From Folioceros fuciformis (Eukaryota), in assembly GCA_049999805.1 (NCBI GenBank), contig JBNGIO010006373.1, positions 18,201 to 58,230 of the forward strand: a stretch of DNA of 40,030 bases, given 5' to 3'. The translations under genes were made by a program, and so were the position numbers. The notes below the pieces were generated by a model that was not told where the DNA came from, did no database searches, and worked only from the letters and a program-made list of their open reading frames with translations. Shown one piece after another: positions 23,936-34,800 of this stretch (position 1 is the first letter of the stretch; every line of letters starts with the position of its first letter).

Positions 23936-24151
23936 GCCAGCTAAAAGATTTTGTAGCCACTTGTAGGGACACACCGCCCCGCCACCAGTAGTGTATCAAA
24001 AAAATTGTACAAAACATTTTTTTTCCTTGCTGAAACAAGCTGGAGGGGTTTCACATACTCGATAATTTAACTGTGGAAACCGCTTTCTCTCCTTTCCCAT
24101 TTCCAGATGACTTATAGATTGCTTGTATAAAGAAAAATCTTTCCTAACTAC

Positions 24152-25057
24152 CTATCTCCTCCTCCTTGCTTCCTTTCTACTATCCTCGACGTACTTGCTC
24201 ATATTACGTTTGTGCCACAATCTTCTGATGGTAAGATTGTCCCTAGCTGCACCACCCATCCCAGCCCAGATGGCAGTGTTGATGCGAAGACTGCGTCTGG
24301 TAAGGAGGGCAGCATCCTCCCAGGTATAGGGTTGTCGTCTCACCCAGTACCTCCAAATCCAGCAAAGTCTCCACAAAATAAGTTTGGACAGCGTGAAGGG
24401 CAAAAGCGCTGCTCGAATTCCCACCAATTCCCAAACACATGGTTTGTCTGCCCCTTGGATCTGCAGGTCCAGCTCCTTACTCAGCTCCTGAGAATCGAGC
24501 TTGCTACTCTTCGGCTTGGAAGCCTTCTTCCTGTTGTTGCTCCCTCCGTTACGCTCCAGTTCCAAAGCTTTCAGCTTATTCTTGTAGGCGGGGGTCTGCT
24601 TCACCAAGTTCACCATCTGACGGTGGCGTGTCCACTGGATGAGATACTGAAAGCCTGAGAGAATCACAAGCAGGCCCACCACCACTGACAAGGGATCTGC
24701 CTGATGCCCGTAGTAGCCCTGGTAGTAGCGAGCGGTGTTCCACAGGTAGTACTCCGGATGCTCCAGAGCGTAGTCGTAGTCATTCCGCCGGTCCTCATCT
24801 CGCAGGATCTCGTACGCATTCACAAGCTTTAGAAAGAACTGGTTGGCTTCGGGATCGGGATTCTTGTCGGGATGGTACTTAACGGAGAGCCGCCTGTAGG
24901 CCTGCTTCACCTCCTGCAAGGTGGCATCCTGAGTGATGCCCAGCAGATCGTAGCAGTTGTGCTCATCGCAATAGATGGCTTGCACTCCCACGGGTACCAG
25001 GGCCAGGGCAAGGCCGAAGAGCAACGCTACAACCGGCGTCACCCCACGACCCGTCAT
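24152..25057 (-). CDS. ER-membrane J-domain protein (DNAJC25 / plant DnaJ50-like), intronless
   Basis: A signal peptide is followed by AIYCDEHNCYDLLG..AYRRLSVKYHPDKNPD (HPD motif)..AYEIL.D...R..YDYAL.HPE. Hydrophobic segments follow, then WRYWV...PY.WEDA..LTRR.L and a basic C-terminus. Confidence 0.93.
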   Translation of the reverse strand: MTGRGVTPVVALLFGLALALVPVGVQAIYCDEHNCYDLLGITQDATLQEVKQAYRRLSVKYHPDKNPDPEANQFFLKLVNAYEILRDEDRRNDYDYALEHPEYYLWNTARYYQGYYGHQADPLSVVVGLLVILSGFQYLIQWTRHRQMVNLVKQTPAYKNKLKALELERNGGSNNRKKASKPKSSKLDSQELSKELDLQIQGADKPCVWELVGIRAALLPFTLSKLILWRLCWIWRYWVRRQPYTWEDAALLTRRSLRINTAIWAGMGGAARDNLTIRRLWHKRNMSKYVEDSRKEARRRR

Positions 25058-25108
25058 TGCTCTTCTTCTTCACGCACAGCACTGCACCAGGTCACCAAAG
25101 CTCACATC

Positions 25109-25117
25109 AAACCCTAA
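25109..25117. promoter_or_regulatory. Telo-box (AAACCCTAA) just upstream of the DnaJ start codon
   Basis: An exact AAACCCTAA lies ~50 nt upstream of the minus-strand ATG, followed by an inverted TTAGGG. TATATA is at ~25198-25203. Confidence 0.4.
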
Positions 25118-26014
25118 TCATTTAGGGATACAAGAACATCACTGAGATCCTCAAGGTCGCAAAATCGTGCTACGCCGCTACGGAACCAGCTTTTCACTAT
25201 ATAAGCTAGCAACAACTATTATATCAACTTCGAGTCCCATACACCTACTGCCAGGTGTGTAGACCAGCCGCTCTTCGTGGCTGTAGCTGGTTATTATCTG
25301 GACTCAAAGTTGCAGAGAAACCAAGCACGGTCCATACTTCTGAGGCCATTGGCCGAGAATCAAGCCATCCATTTTGCATGATGCTTGTCATCCAAATGGA
25401 TCAAAAACCGATTCAACTCCGGCAACAGGTTACATAGTTAGTGACTATAATTTTTGAAGACCTTCAAGTCATCTCCAACAAGCTCTAAGCTTGCTCTTAC
25501 AACCGGGTATGGAAGTATGGACATCGCGTAGGAAGAAAATAACCCATATTGGTAGGGAGTCCGTGAGCGGCAAGGATATCAGATATAAACGTACTAAGTA
25601 AGCCAAATTATACACTTTCTTGGGCGGGGCCTATCGGCGATCTCGAAGGTTGACGACCTAAGGCCACCTTAGCCATTGCACTACGGCTGGGATGCCCTTA
25701 TTGTCTACCTACAGGTGGAATAGACGTCATAATTTGTGGCAGCGGAGGCACGCATCTTGCGGTACCCACCCCAGTTGAAATTGAAAAAGGACAGACAAGA
25801 CATCTTGCGGTACTGGTAGGCTATCCGAGCTCGGTCACAGTTAACCGATGCCNNNNNNNNNNNNNNNNNNNNNNNNNNNNNNNNNNNNNNNNNNNNNNNN
25901 NNNNNNNNNNNNNNNNNNNNNNNNNNNNNNNNNNNNNNNNNNNNNNNNNNNNCAGTTAACCGATGCCCCTGCGCTTCTTCCTTCTTCAAACCAGGTGTCC
26001 TCTTCCCCCGTCAC

Positions 26015-26127
26015 CTTAAACACTCTGGTTGAGGAGCTACTTTAAACACCCTCATTGAGACGCTACTTTAATCACCCGCATTGAGGTTCTACTTTAAACA
26101 CCCTTGAGGTGCTACTTTACACCCCCT
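26015..26127 (+). repeat. ~26 nt tandem repeat, ~4.5 units
   Basis: A consensus near CTACTTTAAACACCCTCATTGAGGTG is repeated head-to-tail. Confidence 0.8.
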
Positions 26128-26159
26128 TTGTAAGAAGCACAAAGACATCATTGAGCATG

Positions 26160-26400
26160 TCTCCACTCGCCTGGACCTTGCTCATTTTGATCAAGAGTAC
26201 CATGAAATTTGAGACCTTGACAAAGCAAGGACCCACCAAAGTACTATGAAATTTGGGATCTGCACAGAAGAAGGGGACAAAGGGGACAAACCCACTAAAG
26301 ATCTTACCACCTTGATCTCGACCTTCCTCATTTTGAACAAGAGTACTTCAAAATTTTGGATTAAATTTGCTTATTTGACCAAAGTACATACTTCAAAAAT
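26160..26400 (+). repeat. Dispersed internally repetitive element, related to 27870-28000 and 38190-38480
   Basis: The motifs CAAGGACCCACCAAAGTA, GACCTTGCTCATTT and CCATGCTCACC(A/G)AAGT are each shared between two or three of the loci, in the same orientation. Confidence 0.6.
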
Positions 26401-26885
26401 TTTGATATAGATTTAAAAAAATAAAAACTTACAACATTTACAACCTATCAACGTAGAGTTGAACCCGAGTTTGCACTATAATGGGATACAATTTTGTCAA
26501 TGGGTGAGTGCTATTTACAAGCAGACTTATAGATGGTGTATTTTCTACTAGTAGACTTATTGTATATAGTGTGGCAACATATTGTTTTACCATGGTAGTG
26601 GGGTTCCACTAGACCACTCAAGCTTCAAAATATCACTATTTTATAATTAACTATATAATATAGTTTTAACAGCATGACAAGAACTTGTTTGTACGGAACT
26701 TGTTTGTCTTCAAATGGGAAGATGGAGAAGCAAAGATAGAGTAGCAAACGAAAATTGATAGTAGTCAAGACGAAAGAGATTTATTTTCTATTATGAAAAA
26801 GAGATGGAAAGTTCCATCTACTCCAAAGATTGGGGGAACAACTCGACCAAGGGCAAAGGCTGAAAGGGGGTACTAGCCCCTTCGA

Positions 26886-27435
26886 ACATCATTCTCAAAA
26901 ATTACCTATTGGTCCCAACATGTCATGATGTGGAATAACAAAAGGCCTATCCACCACCACTACCGAGGAAGCCACTTAACCTGTGCTTATTGCTGCTATA
27001 AAAATTGCGATGGCCAATGCTCTTTACAAAGCAATAGATCCATGATGCGATGGCCAATGCTCTTTACAAAGCAATAGATCCATGATGTCGAAAGAAAGCA
27101 ACCACAGAGTTGTCAAAAGAAGACCACTACAAAAGAAAGAGGAAGAACACCACTCCTATTACTCTAATAAAACTTTGTGCACTCCTTGATGAACCTTGAA
27201 AAGTCCTTGTCCATGGCTCTGTGAGTCTCAAGAGCATATGGGATGAAAATATGCCCATCTTGTACAAGAAAATACTAGAGGGCATTGGCGCTTGCACAAC
27301 CCACATAGGAAAATACTAAAGAGCATGGCACTTGCACAACCCACCGCCGTCCATCCAAAGGGCTTGATGATGATGTGCTTGCAAATCGAATACCTAGTAG
27401 GACACCCATAACAACCACATCAGCGACACAAACCT
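26886..27435 (-). mobile_element. 3' fragment of a CRE-like RLE non-LTR retrotransposon, copy 3
   Basis: It is colinear with 3058-3385 (e.g. ATCATTCTCAAAAA.TACCTATTG.TCCCAA..TGTCATGATGTGGAATAACAAAAGGCCTA). It reads VQDGHIFIPYALETHRAMDKDFSRFIKEC, with VCVADVVV upstream, and has an internal 40-nt tandem duplication at ~27007-27087. Confidence 0.6.
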
Positions 27436-28479
27436 ATTCCCCCAGGGAAAAAAAAGGTAGGCTCCCAAAAGATCGGGAATGGAACTATGTGACAATGATT
27501 GGGTAGATGTTTTTGACATCATAAAAAGTAATGTATGTCAAGAAAGAAGACATGTAGTGTCTTCTAGGGAATGATGGCAATTTTTTTAGAGGAAAGTGAG
27601 CAACTTTGTGCATATATCCTTTAAATGGATTTGAATGGCAAACAAAATGCCTCCCTAAGAGCAAAAGGCATCAAAGATATTAAGTGTTCCCTATCAAGAG
27701 TACCCAGTCATTACTTTATGGTAATCAACCTACTACATGCTACTTACATTATTGTATCATTTTGTAGAGGTAATACAATTTGAATTGCATCATTTTATAA
27801 GAATTATATGGAATTTAGGGCTAAGAGGCTATTAATGTATGAAGGGCATCATTTTATCATGACACAACAACCCCCAACCTTATTCACCAAATTTGAAGTA
27901 TCCTAATACAGTCCCCTAGACCTTGCTCATTTGTTAAAGCCTAACACCATGCTCACCAAAGTTTCTACCACACTCACCTTGACCTTTGTTCATTAACAGT
28001 GTTGTCTACTTAGGGTCTGATTACACTTGAAGGGTGTTTTGCCAATGTTAGACACAAAGGGGTATGGAACATTGGGCATGAATTTGGTGGTTTAGAGGTG
28101 TTTGTGAAAAAAGAAGGGTTAAAATAACAATGTTTGTGAGCAAAATGCGAGTCACCTGTGCCCATGGTGGTCACCACCATGATATGTTGTGTAATGGTCT
28201 TCCTAGAATTATGAGTATGATGCCCATGTGTAGTGCAACTTGTGAAAAAGTGTACAGGCACAAAAATGTTGTAAATAAAACAATACAATACTAAACATAG
28301 TAAGGACATTGCCCATACACTATCATCTACACCTTAGCGCAAAGACCTATTCTTTGAATAACCCTGCCACACAAAAAGTTTGCGACTCCGGCAAGGGCTG
28401 CTGGCCATACTTGCGGCCAGAGGGCTCTAGCAGGAAATGAAGAAGGGTGCCAACATGCCAATGTCCTCCTATTGCACAA

Positions 28480-30451
28480 GGGGACTATGCACATGCTAGT
28501 GGCGTCAGCTCTAAATGGGTGAAGCTTGAAGTTACCCTTTTCTGCAATAATAAACCACCACCTACCTTGTAGCTAAAAGAATGCTTACAGTTGTTGGCAC
28601 CATTTGTCTGGCAGTGAGTTTAGAATAGGGTGTGTTTGTTGCTGTGACATAGTCATGAAGACATTTGCTATATCTACAGCCCCTCGTCTTCCTCGTCTTC
28701 CTCGTCCTTCTACACATATGGAACTACACATGAACCACATGCTCATCGTTGGAGTTGATGCTGTTAGTCTCTCCTTTATGGCTTTTTTGTCAATAACATA
28801 CAAGTGTTTTTCCCTTGTTAGGTGGAAGTCGTAGAACAACATGACAATTTTGTTGACATATAACTTTTGTACATTCGGGGCCTTCATTGTTTTCCCTTCT
28901 CTCTCTCCAGACGATCTCTCCACTTTGGACAATGTCTTCTCCAATATAGAGGCCCTCGAATGCATTTGTGTGTTCTGCCACCAGCAAAAATTGATTGGCA
29001 GCTCCTAGGTTTGTCCACAAGACCTTTGCTACCTAGAATGCTCAGATATGGGTGTCTCCCTCACTAGGAGTTACCATAAACATACCCTTCTGTATTTTTG
29101 AAATATTGTCGTTCATGCGTTCAATTTTCTCCTCCCTTCTCTCCACACTTTGATATGCACCCAAGTACATCTTACACGGTGCAACATCTCGAATGAGTGC
29201 TTCCTCCAGAATGGCTTCCTCCAGCAGCTGCATGGGCACTATTGTGACAGCTGCTAACTTCCTATCATACCACTTCCAGGGCTCCATAAGCATAAGCCTG
29301 ATGTTGTGGTCAACAATGTTTGCTATCTCCCCCTACTCAGCCCAAAAGTCCTCCCACCACTCAGCTTCCTCGGTGCTCAAATACAATGGTAGCTTCTGCA
29401 ACCCTTTCTTCAAGTGCACGAGATCTTCGCCCCCTATTATGCCTTCCTCCATCCCCTTCTTGTCCTTTGCTATTAAAGGGAGGAGGGTGGTCGGCCTAAT
29501 CTAGGTGTTTGGCACAAACATTAAGAACTCTAGGCCATCCTCCGACTCCCACAACGCAGACATGGAGAATTGCAAAATCCTTATCACGATGACTTTGCCT
29601 CGTCCAAGCTTTTCCTCTGTGATTTTGAACTAGCGTTGAAATGACAAGTTGTTGAGTTTCTTCACAGCGCTATCATATGGTTGACCCCTTTTTGTCTTCA
29701 TGACAGGCCAAACAAAGCAGCGAAAGTTGGCCACTTCTGTAACAAGCTTCACCTTTAGTGCTGGCGTGTACATGCCTTCTAAAATGTTGCTAAGCACACA
29801 CATCGTCGCGTCTTTGTGCTTCAAAGGCATTGAGAACCTTGAGAACATTTATTAACTTGATCATGCTTGTGCCCAACTAGAAGAAAGCCAACCTTAACTT
29901 TCTTAAAAACCTCAAGCTCCACAAGCATATTCAAACATGCGAACAACGATTGGCTTTTATTCTTCCTGCTCATGTTGTCAAGCTGCAAATACAAAATTGT
30001 CTGCAAATACAAAATTGTCTGCAACAACCGTTGTAGGTATGAATCACATCTTGCACGATAAAGATTGTTAGGTTGGCATCATTGCGGATATTTCCATAAT
30101 GTAGATATGGCCTCGCCTTCACCAAATGGTTATGGATCATGCAACCGACAACATGTACAGTTATACGACAATCTTCTTTCAGCTCTTTCAGCCATTTTAG
30201 CATGTGCGGTAGCGTCGTTTTTTTGCTCTTTGCCATCATTGCATATCACCAAATACTTATGTGGCTCCGCGTATGCTTTGGTACGGTGTTTGTATAGTTT
30301 TTGCCACTCCTCCATTAGTCGTTGTTGGTGCTTGTTAAGGGCTGCTTGATACTCACTTGTCGACATAAACAACATCCAAGGTTTGAGGACATGTCTAGTG
30401 ACCTCATTGAGAACTACGACCGCTCCATCGCGAAACCCTTCTCCAATGCCA
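28480..30451 (-). mobile_element. Degenerate DDD-type DNA transposase (Sola1-like; family call tentative), interrupted by the Copia insertion
   Basis: Frameshifted fragments occur in order: HRTKAYAEPHKYLVICNDG(KEQ)K-KTTLPH, NIRNDANLTI, LYLQLDNMSRKNKSQSLFACLNMLVELEVFKKVKVGFLLVGHKHDQVN, MFSRFS. These resemble the DGMDQ / LQLDN..ENKN / VGHTHEDIDQ.FS catalytic motifs. Confidence 0.75.
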
Positions 30452-30654
30452 TAATGGGATAAGTGCTGGAAATTACCTAAGGCACGTCTGGTTAAATAGG
30501 GTTAAAACCCACGCACCCATTCGTTTGGGTTACGATGTTTCATAGGCAACGTTTCAGTTAGTTCTTGTTGTTCATAAGATAAACTCATGTATATACTTTT
30601 TTCAGAATGTAATTATTTATTTTTATTTTTACATACATTTTCAATACTTTGAAA
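30452..30654 (+). repeat. 5' LTR
   Basis: TAATGGGATAAGTGCTGG...CAATACTTTGAAA is a direct repeat of 37230-37432 and is immediately followed by the PBS. Confidence 0.92.
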
Positions 30655-30666
30655 TGGTATGAGAGC
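30655..30666 (+). promoter_or_regulatory. Primer-binding site (tRNA-iMet-like, one mismatch)
   Basis: TGGTATGAGAGC versus the canonical TGGTATCAGAGC, directly after the 5' LTR. Confidence 0.8.
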
Positions 30667-31014
30667 AGTATGTAGATTTGATGTTTGCTGTTTATAAATA
30701 AAATACATTGAAAAAGATGCATTCTGAATATAGTTTTGTTGTTTTTTATTTAGAAAAAGTGTTTTCTTGATCAAGAAAACAAAACTTTCAAGAATGTATT
30801 TTTTTTGTGTTGTTTCTTTGTATAATCGTTGATGCAATCCCTGGCAAATTAAGGGAGTGATCCTGGTGCATCTTTCCTGAGATTGCTATTAAGCAATCTC
30901 AGGAGACATGCGCTAGGACAACTACCTAAATCTGCAAATAGATTGTCAAAATAATTTATATAAAATACAATGTTAAATAGAAAACATTTGACAACACAAG
31001 ATTTGGCCTCATGA

Positions 31015-31746
31015 ATGGCCAACCGACTGGACGGGCACCAATGGCAGCCTCGCCCTGCTGAGCGCATCCCACAACATCAGAATCTCCATAGGAGGCAGGG
31101 GGCACAAGTTGTGAGAGACGTAATTGCAGAGCAACTTCATCAATTAGTTACAGAATGGATTGCTCATGCACAAAATCAACCTGTGCTATCTCTGGAAGTA
31201 AGAGAGTCTTTTAATACCTTGATTGAAGTTCTCTTTCCAGATCAGGGCCATTTGGCCATTGCCCTCCCACCAAGGAATCCTGAAAATCTCCCTGAGATTC
31301 GTGTTCAGAGAGCTTTTGATGGTAATGGTGTACAAAGAGGTTTTCTAACAACACATGTAGCACCTGCCACAAGTGTTACTCAATTAGTACATAGAATTGA
31401 GGCACATCAAGAACATGTAGATACGCGTTTCAGCAATATACTACAAAAGGTCTCAGCAACTAGTGTAGATGTTAGAGACTTGCAGGAACAAATTTCACAT
31501 TTAGATTTTAAACTCCTTACCTTGTTGAAGCCTGTTTTACTCGCTAATCCTGTACATAGAGAAGCAGCCTGTAAACATGCCAAGAAAACAAGTAAGAAAC
31601 ATATGTTTGGTGCTCCTAACTCTTGTCCTTCCTTCTCAGTATATGCATTCAATAAATGGGAGATTAGAAATCACAAAATAGCAAACAGAACTAGAGAGCA
31701 AGAGTCTGTCTATAACAGACCTGCTAATGCTGTCAACATTCTTTGA
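31015..31746 (+). CDS. Unknown 243-aa extra ORF upstream of gag inside the Copia element (coiled-coil-like segment)
   Basis: An uninterrupted ATG-initiated ORF lies between the PBS and gag. It has a heptad-like segment VTQLVHRIEAHQEHVDTRFSNILQKVSATSVDVRDLQEQISHLDFKL. No domain was recognised. Confidence 0.6.
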   Translation: MANRLDGHQWQPRPAERIPQHQNLHRRQGAQVVRDVIAEQLHQLVTEWIAHAQNQPVLSLEVRESFNTLIEVLFPDQGHLAIALPPRNPENLPEIRVQRAFDGNGVQRGFLTTHVAPATSVTQLVHRIEAHQEHVDTRFSNILQKVSATSVDVRDLQEQISHLDFKLLTLLKPVLLANPVHREAACKHAKKTSKKHMFGAPNSCPSFSVYAFNKWEIRNHKIANRTREQESVYNRPANAVNIL

Positions 31747-31862
31747 TTTTGCTTACCTGATAAGCATATGTCTGAAGTTTTGATATAATAAACCCCTGTA
31801 AAAGCCACTTTGGAATCTTAGTGTCTTGGGAGTAGCTAACCCAAAGCACAAAAGGAAGAAAA

Positions 31863-34800
31863 ATAGCAGATGCCTCATCTAGCCTAGGTGGGGAAGGGTT
31901 TAGAGAAAAAGACAGATTTGGTGGTCAGGATTACGATATTTGGGTAATCCGAATGAAGGGAGCCTTATAGAACAAGAAGCTCTGGAAGGTTGCTATTGGA
32001 GTAGATACTGCTCCAACAGTTTCAAATCCACCCACAGCAGCTGAAAACAAATCATTGGAAGCATGGGATGCAAAAGATGAAGCAGCCATGTTCCTAATCC
32101 GGAGTGGTCTTACCTCAGAGATGCTGAGACAGACATCCGGATGTGCCACTTCAGCTGAGATTTGGTTCAGACTTCAGGACCTGTATGCAGGAAGCAATCA
32201 AACTAGTCAGATGACAGCCCTGCGAAACTTACAGCTTTGTAAGATGAAGGATGGTGAATCAATTGAGAAACACCTTGGACATTTCAGAACACTTGTCTCA
32301 AAATTTAAAAGTGCTTCAAATGAGGTTCTGCAGGATGATATGCTTGCTTTGTATTTCCTTATATCACTTCCGGAATCTTGGTCACATTTCGTTACTTCCT
32401 TCAATGCTTCAAGGCTCCAAACTGAAAAGCTTGCAAAAGCTTCAAATGTGACTATGCCAGAAACCACATTTGCAAAATTAGTGGGAGCATTATTACAAGA
32501 AGAAGCTACAAGGCAAATTCATAGAAGGACAGGCAAGCAACAAGCACTCTACACATCTAATAGAGGACGTGGTGGAGGCAGACCTTATAACAGAGATGGA
32601 GGCAGCTCTTCAAGGGGTGGTGGCTCACAAGGACGTGGATCCGGAGCCAGCCAAAGAAAACCAAAAAGGACAGGCAACTACAACTGGTGCAAGTTACCTG
32701 GTCATTGGGAGCGTGAGTGTCGTAAAAAGCAAGCTGGTATTCCTCGCAAGGAGGGTTCAACCAGTGCTGAAATTCATGTGGTTGTGAAGAAACAACCAAC
32801 CCCTTCAGCCCTCACAGTAGGTACAATTGTGTTTGCAACAAGTTCATTCTTGTATCCTGCCAGCCTGTCAGCAAACACAAAAGCAAGGCCAGTGTCAGAT
32901 TGGTATCTTGACACAGGGGCTACAGCCCACATCTGCTTTGATAAAGGGTCATTCCAAACGTACAAAACATATAAGGATCAGTATGTGTACCTAGGTGATG
33001 ATAGATCCCTAGTGTCTCCTAGTCGTGGAACCATAGACTTGTCAGTTCCATCAGGGCACTTGTTAACACTGTATGATGTTTACTATGTCCCTGACATGAC
33101 TCGGAATTTGATTTCAGTCAGAAAACTCAATTTTGACAATCACTATCACATTTTATTTACACATACAGAATGTCAAGTACTGGATGCTTTCAATCATAAT
33201 AAAGTACTTGCCTATGGGTCTTCAGACAGAGATTTGTTTCTTCTTCACACAGACAGTATTGCACCAACTTCAAATTTAACACATGATGCCAGTGCTGTAT
33301 CTACACAACAAATAGAAAAGGTTAAGTTGTGGCATAAGAGATTAGGTCACCCACGTTCAGCAAAACTTCAGAAACTTGCTGTAAGTGATTTTTACCAGGA
33401 TGGTCCTATTGGGCAGTTGGCATCTCTTCCCTTGTGTGAGTCTTGTGTTATTTCCAAAAGGCATCAAGCAGCCTTTAGAAATAAAGCTCCACATAGAGCC
33501 TCTGAGGTTCTAGAACTAGTACACACTGATCTGTGTGGACCTCTATCTCAAGAATCCATAGGAGGTGGCAGATACTTCCTAACCTTCACTGATGATAAGA
33601 CTAGGTTTGTCACCACCTACATATTGAAACAGAAAAGTGAGTGTTTCAATCACTTCAGAAACTACATCAAGTATGCTGAAAGATGGACTGGAAAACAACT
33701 CAAAACATTACGATCAGACAACGGGGGAGAGTTTACCTCCCATGAATTCCAGGCATACTGTACAGCTGAGGGAATTGGTCGCCAGCTGACAGTGGTTTAC
33801 ACACCTCAGCAAAATGGTGTTGCTGAGCGTCTTAACCTTACTCTGCAAGAAATGACATCTTCCTTATTACATCAAGCGCAGCTTCCATTGCCATACTGGG
33901 CAGAAGCTATAATTACTGCAACTTACCTTAAAAACAGGTTGCCAACTACTTCTGTCGTAGGCCAGACACCTTTTGAAGCCTTCACAAGGCATAAGCCTTC
34001 TATTCTTCACTTGCGCACATTTGGATGTGTAGCATACGCTTTTATACCTAAAGAGAAAAGAAAAAAGCTGTCAGACAAGGCCAGAAAGCTACTTATGCTA
34101 GGCTACACAGAAGGAATTAAAGCTTATAAACTCTATGATGTACCTAAGAACAAAGTCATTTATGCAAGAAGTGTTACCTTTAATGAAGACCTTAATTGGG
34201 TATCAGTGGGAGCTGTTCAGAATGAGGACGTTGATCCCACTGATGATGATGCTTCCTTTGATCAATCTGATCACAGTACTCAACTTGTTCCAATGGAGGA
34301 CATTGCTCCTGCACGTGGGGAAGATCCAGCAGCTGGTTTTGAGCTCCTTGATGTTGAGGACATATCAGCTGTAGAACCTGCACGTTTCGATACTGAACAT
34401 CCTACTGAGCAGCTGGATTTACAGGAGCAATATCCTCCTGAACACGTTGTACAAGACAATGTTAATCCAGTTGATCCTGTTGAGCAAGCTGATCATGAGC
34501 ATGTACCTGACCTTCAGCAAGATCATCCAGTCTTACCTGCAGAACCAGTCCGGCGGTATCCAACTCGTCATAGGCAGCCTCCAAACTTTTACCAAGCTCC
34601 AGACTTCAGGAATCCTTCTTCTCATGTGGCAGTTCATGCTGATAATTTTTCACTTGATCCCTTTGAACCTCAGTCCTATGAGGAGGCACTTAGTCGACCT
34701 GATCATAAAGAGTGGGAGAAGGCTATTCAATCAGAATATAACTCACTGATGGAAAATGGAACATGGGAGCTTATAGACTTACCTCCAGGCAGAAAGATGG

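Noticed and set aside
25838-25967. CAGTTAACCGATGCC repeated either side of a 100-N gap (possible TSD)
   Set aside because: It is probably a scaffolding overlap and cannot be evaluated without the gap sequence.
26440-26500. Possible tRNA/SINE remnant (GGTTCAACTC B-box-like motif on the minus strand)
   Set aside because: No A-box or cloverleaf could be established.
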